A DNA stretch of 64,000 bases from Narcine bancroftii (Eukaryota), in the NCBI RefSeq assembly GCF_036971445.1, contig NC_091470.1, forward strand, positions 357,244,001 to 357,308,000, in the 5' to 3' direction. Positions 11,851-23,179 of the stretch are shown here, piece after piece. A program made the position numbers and the translations under genes. Positions within the stretch are counted from its first letter, which is position 1; each line of letters starts with the position of its first letter. Below the pieces are notes generated by a model. It saw only the letters and a program-made list of their open reading frames with translations. It was not told the DNA's origin and made no database searches.

Positions 11851-14800
11851 TGACTAGGCAGTTGGGCTTAGTGGAGGAGCACTGTCTCTGCTCCCCACTC
11901 TCCTGGGTCCACAAGCTCATCGAGTCTGCCCTGTCATTCATTCATGAGCTGATCCATTTTCCCACTGCCCGGCCTTCTCCCTATATCCTTTGATGCCCTG
12001 GCTAATCAAGAACCTATCAGTCTCTTCCTTAATATACCCAATGATTTGGCCTCTGCAACCACCCTCTGGTTGAAGAAACCCATCCTCTATTCTAAGTGGA
12101 CCCCCTTCAATCTTGAAGTTGTGCTCTCTTTCCTAGACTCTCCCAGCATGGGAAACAACTTTTAATATCTGCTTTGTCCATGCCTTTCAACTGTCAAAAT
12201 GTATCAGTGACATTCAAAATCTTTCAACTACACCAGTGGAAGCACTTCCATTATAGCAGCTGCAGTGGGGCCACCAAGTTTCAATGAAGGAACAGTACTA
12301 TGCTTTTGAGTCTGTGTGTGACTGTGAGGAGGCTCTTTGCACTGCCCAAATTTTGAGCAGTACAAATATACACATCAAAATGTTGCAACGCTAAAACAGG
12401 CACTAATAACTCCTCAATGGTTGAATAATTTTGTTGATGGTCATTAAACTTTTTCGAGGAGTATGAAATAGGATATTCTACTCCATCACCATCCTTCTTC
12501 TGTAATAGTACTGCACCAACCGCTTTGTCACTGGCATCCACGGCTAAAGAGAATGGCTTTTCAAAGTTAGGGGACATAAGTACAGGCTGATGGCATAAAA
12601 TTTAACTTCAGAAACACTTCCTGGCATGCATCTGATCAGATAAATTTTTCTTTCTTTCTTTCCAAGTAGTTATGTTAATGGAAGTGCAATTTCTGCAAAA
12701 TTTTTACAAAATCTACGATAGTAGCCAATCATACCTAGAAATCTCTGAAGAGCTTTCTTATTTCCGGGGATAGGGAACACAGTGATAGCCGATACTTTCG
12801 CTCCAACCGGTGCCACCTGTCCCTGACCTACCACACAACCCAGATAAATTACTGTGGCATGTCCAAACTTACTCTTGTGCAAATTCACTGTGAGGTGTGC
12901 TTCCACCAGTCTCTGATATAACTGCTCTAATTCAAGCATGTGTTCTTCCCATGTATCCATACTAATTACTAAATCATTGATATAGGCCCCTGTGTTCTCT
13001 AAACCCTGAATCACTGCATTAATCATTCTCTGAAATGTGCCAGGTGCATTTTTCATCCCGAAAGGCATAACATTATACTCAAACAATCCTGAAGGTGTAA
13101 CAAATGCAGAAATCTCCCTACCTTTCTCTGTCAAAGGAACACACCAATATCCTTTTAAGAGATCAATCTTTGTAAGAAACTCAGCCTTCCCCACCTTATT
13201 TATACAATCATCTATTCTAGGAATAGGGAACGCATTAGTCTTTGTCACCATGTTTACCTTTTGATAATATGTACAAAACCTAATTGAGCCATCTGGCTTA
13301 GGCACCAGAACACAGGGTGAACTCCAATTGGAACTGATTTTTGGATGATGTCATTTTTGAGCATATAATCCATCTCTTGATCCAACAATCTGCTCCTTTC
13401 CTGATTAACTCAGTAAAGATCCTGCATAATAGGCTTAGCATCACCGACCACATCATGACAAGCCACAGTAGTTCTTCTTGAAACATCTGGGAATATATCC
13501 TTAAATTTCATAAGTAATTTCTTCCCTTTCTGATTTAGTCAAATGCATTAACTTGGTGTCTAAGTTTTACAAAACTATAGAATTTTCCAACTTGGGGCTT
13601 ATCACTTTCTGTGCTCCATGACCTTCCACGAAACTTATCTCCTCCTTACTTTCCTCTATAACTAGCACCTTGGTTGAAATACTAGTCTCCTCCTCAGTCA
13701 TTTTCTCAAAGTAAGGTTTAAGCATGTTTATGTGACAGACCTGTGTCTCTCTTTGACGATTGGGTGTATCAATGACATAGGTGACCTGGTTAATTTTTGA
13801 TTTCACCTTTTATGGTCCTGAAAATTGAGCTCTCAAAGGATATGCTTCACCACCAATGCCTTTAATTAAATTCTCATCTCCAGTATCTGTCTCCTCACCA
13901 AAATTCAAAACGTTGCTTAATACAAGCGATTGGGCTGCTCCAGTATCCCGCAAGATTTTAACTGGCACTTGATTGGATCCTTCTTTAACTGAAATGAAAC
14001 CTTCAGTTATGAATGGTTTAAAAATATCCGTAACTTTTTCACTCTGAACACAGACAGTTGGTACCACCCCTTTCTCTTTCTTCCTTTTCAGTACAGGACA
14101 ATTTGCTAAAATGTGCCCTGCCTTTTTATAATAGCGGCAAATAACACTCAAAAATTTTTCCTTCACCCATTTCTCTTCATCTCTTCCTGTAACCTCACTT
14201 CTAGATTTTCTTTCTACTCTACTTGGATTATCAGCAGTATTCCTTTGAAAGGTTTTCCCTGGTGTCCACTTAGACTCATGGGTTAAAGCATATTCCTCTG
14301 CGAATTTAGCCAATTCTTGCCAAGTTTTTATATTTTTCTCTGCCAAGTACACTTGAATATCATCAGGAACATAATTTTTAATCTCAATCAGAATGATTTC
14401 CCTCGATAAATCAAAGTTATTTTCTACTTTCATTGTGGCACATCACCGATCAAAACACAACCTTCCTATAAGCAAAATCCAGGTAAGATTGGGTTACTGC
14501 TTTTTTAAAACTCCTGAACTTTTGTCTATAAGCCTCTGGGACTAGTTCATAAGATCGGAGTATAGCCTGCTTTACAAATTCGTAATCAGCTGCTTGTTGT
14601 ACCGTGAGACATGAATCCACCTGTTGGGCTTTCCCTTTAAGAACACGTAGCAGGAGTGACCACTGGTCTGGTGGCCATTTTAAATTTACAGCTACTTTCT
14701 CAAAATGTTGAAAATACTGGTCTATTTCAGCTTCCTCAAATGGAAGAACTAACCTCACTTCTCTACTGACTAGAAACCTCACCTCTTGACCAGCACGTGG

Positions 14801-15347
14801 ATTTTGGGCTTCTACCTCTCCTTGCATTAGGGTCAGCTTTAATTTAGCTAGTTTTAGCTCATGCTTCTGTTCTTTCTCTCTCTCCTCCCTTGTGGCTGCC
14901 CTTTCCTCCATTTCTGCCTGCCTTACTGCTTCCCGTTCGGCTTTCCTTTCTGCCTCTCTTTTTTCTTCTAACTCTAATTTTCTCAAAGCCAACTTTCTCT
15001 GAAGTTTTCTCCTTTGGAAACTGTTCTAACGCAGCTTCTTCAAATACCCCCTTTCCTACATAGTGCTTAACAATCTTTTGGGCAATTTCCTTTTTTTCAT
15101 CCCAGTTCTTACTGTAAGAAGTTTTAATTTGCCAACTATAACCATCAGTTCTGACGTTTTAGCCATTTTTAAATTAACCACTGAAGGGTTCGCTATGAAC
15201 TGGCCAATATTCATAGTTGCTGGTTTTCCTGCTGGTGATTTATACACTCATCGTTTATTTTTAATTTCAAGCTGGAGGTTGAGTCAAACTCAGACAACTG
15301 ATAACTAAGCACAAGTTAATTGTCCCTAAAGCTTCCATATTGGTTTG

Positions 15348-15366
15348 ATCCTGGACAATTCCCCCA
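15348..15366 (-). promoter_or_regulatory. Primer-binding site, tRNA-Pro-like
   Basis: TGGGGGAATTGTCCAGGAT just inside the LTR, resembling the tRNA-Pro PBS TGGGGGCTCGTCCGGGAT. Confidence 0.7.
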
Positions 15367-15371
15367 AATTA

Positions 15372-16089
15372 TGTTACAAGATCAAACCAGCAACCATAAA
15401 GAAGGCAGATCACACAGGGGTAAAGATGAACAATTACTTTATTAACAAAAATTCACCTTCAAACTTTAATTTAAAATCCTCCCTTTTATAATAATGCCCA
15501 CTGGTTAATTAATATGCAACTTTCTATAACAGTGTAAAACTAATAAATTCCCCAGCCTAAATATAACATTTGCAATTAAAGTCTGTTATATTTCCAACCA
15601 GCCCACAGAAAAACTTAGACACAAACCTAACACAAAACACACAAGACTTTCAAAACTTCGATCTCAACTGAAGCAAAGATCATAAATAAAATTCAGTTTA
15701 TTTGGTGAACTGAAGCCAAAAGATCTTTGAGAGAGAGAGAGCACAAAATTCGAAGTTGTCTTCTTGTGTTGCTTGCAGAGAGAGGAACAATGGCTTGGTC
15801 TGGATCCTTCTGGCTGCCTTCTAAATGTTCATCCCTTTAAAATGTCTAATATTCTAAACTGCCTCCTAGACAATGACTCTGCTTGGGCATCCTTCCACTT
15901 CACAGCCACACCCAGTGGTGGTTTGTCTTCCAAGTCCAGAAATTTCTAGATCATCTTCTGCACATGCCCAATCCATCTCCCACTCTCTCAGCAGTCTTCC
16001 TTCACCTTGGCTCTCTAAGGCAAACTGTCACTTTCCAACACAAAACCACACAACACATAGGCCAATACACAACACACAACTCTGTAACA
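15372..16089 (-). repeat. 5' LTR of the Gmr1-like element (718 bp)
   Basis: Terminal inverted repeats TGTTACA...TGTAACA; - strand AATAAA at 15443-15438; PBS adjacent. Confidence 0.85.
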
Positions 16090-17074
16090 GTGGGCTATAT
16101 GTCCAGTTTATCTATTTTGATGGAATTCGGTGGTTAGGTAGGTTACTTCAAATATCACTTAAAAGTTAACGATGAGACTATTGGTCTGGGTATGTACACA
16201 AAGTAAAAATGGCAAATTTCTTCCCTGTAAGAATGTGTGAACTACGTTTTTTTAAACTGCTCATGGTTTGTGTTCACCGTTACTGAGGCTAATTTTATTT
16301 CCAGCTAATTTGATTAATTTCTCAGCTGCTTCTGTCTTGATTATTGTTCAAAGATGTGTGTGTTTTACCATTAGTCTCTTCTATACCTTTTCTGAGACGC
16401 TATGCTCCACTGCAGTTACATTATACTCGCAAAAGAAATTGTTCATCTGTTGATTGATTTTAAAATTAATTTTTTTTCCACAAGGCAACATTGAAGTTTT
16501 CCACATTTCTCAGAAACTGAGAACTGAAATATGTTCATTAGAAATTTATTCCGATCCTTAGAATTAAAGTGAGGCAATAATATACAGGTTGAAACTCTTT
16601 AATCCAGTGACTTTTGGACCTGGCTATTGCTGGACCACAGAAAATGCTATAAAATAGAAAATGCACAGAAAATAGCTGTCAAAGGTGTGGTAGGTGCCTT
16701 GATGAAACCCATTTTCTAAGCTGAAAGGATCAAATATATCACAGATAAAATCCTGGTTAGTGCAATGCCTTTACAATACTAGTGATCAAGACCAGGGCTT
16801 GAATCACATACTGTCTGTAAGGATTTGTATTAATGGTGGCAGATTCAAAACATGCTGGACCATGGGAGTTGTCGGACCAGAGAGCACTGGATAATGAAGG
16901 TTCAACCTGTCATTGCATTTTTGCATCCATGGATAAACAAAGCACCAAAAAAAGTCCCTGGTTGGGACTTGGTCACAACACGATCTGGGCAATGGGGAAA
17001 AATTGCATATTCAAATTAAATTTTTAAAAAATCCTGGGTTTTCAAAACTAATCTTTCTGTTTTCCCCTCTCTAG

Positions 17075-17178
17075 TAATGTTACAGCCTTTTGACTATGAT
17101 CCCAATGAGAAAAGCAAACACAAATTCATGGTACAAACAGTCTATGCTCCAGCGGGTGCTGCAGATATGGATGCAGTA
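17075..17178 (+). CDS. VAPA: VAPA coding exon (MSP domain; equivalent to human exon 3)
   Basis: Polypyrimidine acceptor tttcccctctctAG|TA ATG TTA CAG; encodes (V)[34 protein letters not shown]; donor GTAAGT at 17179; 104 nt. Confidence 0.95.
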
Positions 17179-18204
17179 GTAAGTATTACATTTTACCAGA
17201 AAAGATTTGCTGTGTTTCCTACAAAAGCTGGAAGTGATCATTTACAGCTAGGCTACAATTTAAAGAAAAACTTGTTTTGTATTTGTGTACTGCATAAAGT
17301 TTTATTGATTACAGTTGGTGTCTTTTAAAATCAATTCTTCCCGTCCTGTTCCTAACACTATGTCAGTTTGTCAGGTGGGAGAATCTTAAAGAAAAGCTGA
17401 CCTTCTATTTCCTAAATCTATTAGTGAAAAACATGGATATATTATATAATGATTACTGTATGTTTTTGATAATATTTGGAGGCATTCAAATAATGTTCAA
17501 TAAAGGTTCAAAGGTTCCTTTTATTGTCACTTAATGATGCTTTAGAGATGCAATTTCCATGATGTACTTCAACTTTTGTCTGCCTTAATGCAGTTACCGT
17601 GAGCATTGCCTGGCACCCCTAACAATAGGAGAAAGAGAAGCAAAAGAGAATTCCTTCAGACCCTGAGTGTCCATGGATTTGCTTGCAGTTGCACAGACTC
17701 TAGCTCAAACCATCAGCAGCCTGAGCTCTGGATCCAAACCTATGAGATGATCAGGAAGTTCTCAGTGCCTGAGGCCCTTTGGGAGCCCTTCTTGCCCTCA
17801 GCACCCTCTTGGTTCTGATACCTGGTTCCCATGAACACTTCTCCAGCAACCTGTAGCCAATGTGGGTCCTTCAGCCTCTGAGCCCCTCACTGGTCCACTG
17901 TTGTGGTCACTATCCCCATTGGGTCATCTCCTAGGCTTCTCCTCAAGAGAGGGTGGGGGCAAGTGCTCTCCCCATTTCTGATGCCCTGTGCCAGTCCGTT
18001 GCTCTTCTGGAGCCTGCAATCCCTCATGGTACATTGCCCAGCACAGGCACAACCATCTTGGGCACAGACTCCCATGGTTGCTGGATTTTTAAAAAAATAT
18101 GCTGGCTCCTTTAACAGGCTGTTTAAAGCCTGTACAGATCTGTTAGCATCAGGACCGGATGGTAGGACCCTGCAGATCAATGCTGTGTTGTATAGAGTTA
18201 ACAT

Positions 18205-18610
18205 ATAGGAACATAGGAAGTAGGAACAGGAGTAGGCCAAAAACGGCCCATCGAGCCTGCTCCGCCATTCAGTATGATCATGGCTGATCTAATTTATGAC
18301 CTAACTTCACCTACCTGCCTTCTCCCCATATCCCCTAATTCCTCTATCACGTAAAAATTTATCTAACTGAATTTTAAATATGTTTAATGAGGCAGCCTCA
18401 ACCTCTTCCCTGGTTAGAGAATTCCAAGCATTCACTACTCTCTGGGAAAAAACTATTTTTCCTCATCTCTGTCCTAAATCTACTCCCCTGAATCTTGAGA
18501 CTGTGTCCTCTCGTTTTAGTTTCCCCGGCCAGTTCAAAAAACCTTCCTACATCTATCCTATCCATACCCTTCAGAATCCTATGTTTCTATAAGATCTCCT
18601 CTCATTCTTC
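18205..18610 (-). mobile_element. CR1 LINE 3' end
   Basis: Near-identical reverse complement of the CR1 tail at 49255-49540. Confidence 0.85.
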
Positions 18611-19399
18611 AGTTGCATTATATTTTTAAAAGTGGAGTGGGGCAGTTTTAAAATTTCTTTTGTTGCCAATATTAAAAATAGTGCAGAAGTTCCCAGAACT
18701 AAGAAAGGTTATAAACATTTGATTCTAGTGAATTAAATCATTTATTAAATCAAATGGAAGTACAGGCAGTCCCTGGGATTACATAAGAATTCCGTTCCTG
18801 AGAAATTTCCATTTCTCCCCCCCCCCACTTAAAAATCAGAAGCTAACAATTTCAATGAAGGTCAATTGACATAATTGTGTATTTGTTCTCCCTGTATAAT
18901 TACAATGGTACAGAATCCGAATGTTCCACATCCACATGTTCTACAAGTAACAATAGAAAAAAAATGACGTGGCAATTTCCAAAGAAATCCTTTTAAGTAG
19001 TCTCCTGCAGTGAACGGAACAGACTATGATGTCTCTTTACTGTGGGAAGGTTACATATATACAGTTTGTTTTTGGAGTCTGTCTTTTGAATTAACTAGCT
19101 GTTATTCCTCTTCCTTTAATCCCTGAAGATGTCTCTATATCCTATCTTGGAAAAAAATTAACAATTAATGGGAGAACTTGTTTCAAATTAGATTTCCCCA
19201 AGTCTGATCTTTCCTAACCTGTGAAGACCATAATGTATGGAAATTCTGTGTTTTAATTTCTGCTAATAATACACAAAATTGAAAACAAAATTTCATTGAC
19301 CAAGTTCAAATGCAGTTTTTCAATTAATTAAATTGTGGTTAATTCAGCTGAGCATAATGAATAGGATTGTCGTCAGCTTTTGCAGAATGTTATAGCTTG

Positions 19400-21310
19400 T
19401 GAATCAGAATTTATTGTCATGAACATATGCCATGAAATTTGCTTTGCAGCAGTGTTACTTGTGTAAAAATGTCTATAAATAAAGTTAATAAATAAAATTA
19501 GCACCAGGGAAGAGAAAAAGTAAGGTCGTGTTGTGGTTGATTGTCTGTTCATAAATTTGATGGCGGAGGGGAAGAAGCTGTTTTTGTACCTCCTTCCTGA
19601 TGGTAGCAGTGAGAAGAGGGCATGGCCTGGGTGGTGAGGGTCCTTGATGATAGAGGCTGTTTTCTTGAAATACCACCTCTTATAGATGCCCTTAATAGAA
19701 TGAAGACTAATGCCCATGATGGCGCTGGCTGAATTCGCCACATTCGGTAGCCTTTCCTGTTCTGTGCCTTGATACCATCGCACCAGATGGTACGATTCAA
19801 CCGATCAGAATGCTCTCTACAGTACACCTGTAGGAATTTGCGCGTCTTTGCTAACATACCAAATTTCTATAGCCGCTGGCGAGCCTCCTTCATGATTGCA
19901 TCGACATGAATGCTCCAGGATAAATCTGTAGAGGCACTGAGGAATTTGAAGTTTTTACCCTTTCCACTGCTGACCGCTCATGTTCTCCTGTTTTCCCCTT
20001 CCTGAAGTCCAGAATCAGCTCCTTGGTTTTGCTAACATTGAGTGCAAAGTTGTTGTTGTGACAGCACTCAACTAGCAGATCTGCCTTAATCTTCTCTGCT
20101 TCCTCAATGTCGCTTTTGATTCTGCCGATGTCATCAGCAAATTTGTTAATGGCATTTGAATTGTGCTTAGCTATGCAGCCATGGGTGTAGAGAATGTAGA
20201 GCAGTGGGCTAAGCATGCATCCTTGAGGTTTGCCTGTGTTGATTGTCAGTGAGGAGGAGACGTTGTTACAGATTAAGTGGTCTTCCAATGGAGTTGACCA
20301 TCCAGTTGCAGTGGGAGGTGCAGAGGCCCAAGTTCTGACCAGTACTAAGCAATATGGTGGTTTTGAAAGCCGAGATGCAATTGATGCAAAACAACCTGAT
20401 GTATGAATTTGTTGCTGTTGTGTAGGTGACCCAGGGCTTAGTGGAGAGCCAATGAGATTGCATCTGTTGTTGTGTGATTGTGGTAGTTAGGCGAATTGCA
20501 ATGGGTCCAGGTCTTGGGTACAAGTTGATTCTGGCCATGACCAACCCCTCAAAGCATTTCTTCACAGTGAATGTGAGTGCTACTAGAGAATTACCGCAAA
20601 CGTTCGTGTATAATGCGTTTCGTGTATAATGAGGGGAAAAAGGGGGAAAAATTTTACTCCTGTGTATAATATGACCCCCTTCCCTTCGCCCGCCCGATTA
20701 GCACTGGCTTCTCTCTCCCTCTGCCCGCCCAAGTTGCACTGGTGTCTCCCCGCCCGCCTGAGTTGCGCTGCAGTCTCTCCCTCCTCGTCTGCCCGATTCG
20801 TAATGGTGTCTCCCCCCCTCACTCGCCCGAGTCGCGCTGGTGTCTCTCTCCCCCCTGCCCGCCCGAGTCACGCTGCCGTCTCTCCGTCCGCCCGCCTGAG
20901 TCGTGCTGCCATTTCTCCCCCTGCCCTCCCCCCCCCACCCCCCCAAGTCAGCCTGCTGTCAATGTAGACGTTAAACCTGGCAGAAATTTTTTTTAAGTTA
21001 TAATCTCGTCTATAATGCGACCCCGCCCCTTACTTTGGGCTCATATTTCGGTACAATTCTTTTTGCATTATACTCAAATATTTGCGGTATTGATTGAGCT
21101 CACTCTGCTTTTATCAGTCACTGGTATAATTGATACCCTTTGAAGCAGGTGGGAATCTGACTGCAGGAATGAGTGACTGAAAATAACTGTGAACACTGCA
21201 GCTAGTTGGTGAGCACAGATTTCAGTACCTCGCCAGGTACTCCGTCAGGGTCTGATGTCTTGCAAGGGTTCAGCCTCTGGAAAGCTGTTCATATGTTGGC
21301 CTCAGAGACA
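19400..21310 (-). mobile_element. Rex1/Babar-like LINE, decayed, interrupted by a MITE
   Basis: KCFEGLVMARIN, TGKPQGCMLSPLLY, KFADD, LNVSKTKELILDFRK, HPGHALFSLLPSGRRY. Confidence 0.85.
20592..21089. mobile_element. Tc1/mariner-pogo-type MITE with TA target duplication
   Basis: TA-CCGCAAAcgTTcGtGTATAATGC ... GCATTATActcAAatATTTGCGG-TA imperfect TIRs; GC-rich internal repeats. Confidence 0.75.
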
Positions 21311-22547
21311 GATGTAATAGAATCAACTGGAATTTATTGAATCTTCCCTAATGATGATGTGATTAGATTTAGTTTTTTTGCTGCTGCGTTTCTTTTAGTA
21401 AATCACTGCACCCTGGTCCAGAGTGTAACAAGTTTTATCCTGGAGCTGTTGATAACATTTGAAATTTGCATTCTGAATTTTCAGCTTCATTGCTTTCACT
21501 TGATTTAGTTCACCTTTGCCAAAGCACTGAACAATCATGTTCGGATCATTGATGTAACCCTTAATTGAAATATAGGGACTCTTTAATCCCTGAATTTACT
21601 GCAGACTATCAAAATGTTTGTCATGTCCTGATGTCAAGAATAAATGATTATCCATCAGTTATATGAAGTGCAATGAATGGACTCCAAACTGTAATAATGC
21701 TTTTCTGTCATTAGAATGCAAGTGCTTGGTGGGAGCATTCAATTCTGTTAATGTTAACTTATTTTGGACATTGTACTAGCACTTCTACTGAATGTGGCAT
21801 TCACAGTATGTGCTGCATCTTGGAGGGTTTAATCGCTTTGTAATATCTGGACAAATGTACAGCTCAACTTGGGGTTTGAAGTAGAGCATAATTGGCATGG
21901 TGCCATCTGAATTTAAAGTAATTTGATGATAGAATATTTCAGGTTATAATCTCTTAGTTTATTTACTTTATTCAAATATTAAGATAGCCATTGCCTTGCT
22001 TTGCCTGGAGTAATGCTCAGTTTTTTTTCCAGATCTGTAGAAATTCTGTGCAATATTTAAAAACCTCCACTTGATGAATTTGAATACATAGGTTCTTAAT
22101 ATCTAGATTTTACAAACGTGTTGAAAACTATTTCACTGTAAACTGCAAAGAAACCAAACAAATTAGGTTTGTTCTGTGATTGAATCTTCTTGAAGAGACA
22201 CTGTTCCCCTGCCTATTATTTTCTTCGATTGGATTCAAAAATGCTGTTAATTTGGTGTTATAATGTGTTTACTTTTTACCCCCTCCATAAATCTTTGTCC
22301 GCGAAGCCAAGCCAAAGAATAATGTGTTTAATAGAATTCTTCGTTTGCTGCATTCCGAGGTGTGAGATTTACCCAAATCTTGTTCAATTTCCAGTTTAGA
22401 CTTGATCTGCACTGTGCATTATAGAAACTGCATGTGGAATGCTTCTGATGCAACTCCATTTTGTGCTTCAGTTTCCGTTGGCAAATTTAAATTTTATGCA
22501 ATGTTTTAGAAGGGGTTATTTATTCTTTTTTTTTTAAATTTCTCAAG

Positions 22548-22628
22548 TGGAAGGATGCAAAGGCTGAAGATCTAATGGACTCCAAACTCAGATGTGTCTT
22601 TGAACTGCCTTTTGAAAATGAGAAATCG
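22548..22628 (+). CDS. VAPA: VAPA coding exon (end of MSP domain; equivalent to exon 4)
   Basis: Acceptor tttctcaAG|; encodes [27 protein letters not shown]; donor GTAAGA; 81 nt, phase 0-0. Confidence 0.95.
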
Positions 22629-23179
22629 GTAAGAAGTTGAAGAAAAGTAAAAATTACGTGTCTGAATTCTACAAGTTGTTAGGATTTTCTATATTGAGCA
22701 GCTGCGACATTGCTGCTGGTACGATTGGATTTGATTTTGCCTGATATAATCGTTACTGTTTATACTCAATGAACATGAAATAATATCATTCATTAACTGC
22801 AAAGACAGAGCATTTTAAATTTGGTTAATTTTTCCCCCCTTTTTTAATCTGAATATTAGAAAAACTAACATGGGATTATACACTGGGAGGATTTAGGTTT
22901 CTCGAATTTAAGAAATATTATTTATCAGTACAAGCAAGATTTTTATCATTCTTCTTTGAAGAAGACAGTCCCCCCCCTTGGATCCAAATGGAATCGAATT
23001 CAATAAAAGAGAAGACAGTGAAGGACTTTATTTACAAGTGGAATGTTAAGTTAATAACAAAAAAGACAGCTAACCCTATATTAATACAAATGATTAGAAT
23101 ATGGCAAGAAATAAATGAGTGTATTGGGAGGGGAAAAAGAAGTATATCACCAAGAACACCATTATGTAAAAAGGTGTAA

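Larger units (their letters stand above)
12345..16089 (-). mobile_element. Gmr1-like Gypsy LTR retrotransposon (gag-PR-INT-RT-RH), decayed, 3' end missing
   Basis: gag (YFQHFEKVA, AYRQKFR, degenerate zinc knuckle), protease ILRDTGAAQS, integrase C-terminus (FSGP..TYVIDTP..CHINMLKPY), RT (KIDLLKGYW, MPFGMKNAP), RNase H (AVDASDKAVGAVLLQ). Confidence 0.9.

Noticed and set aside
17077-17328. 83-aa ORF as a standalone gene
   Set aside because: It is a VAPA exon read through its GT donor into intron
22548-22628. Assignment to VAPB ([15 protein letters not shown] resembles VAPB)
   Set aside because: The terminal exon and coiled-coil exon match VAPA much better
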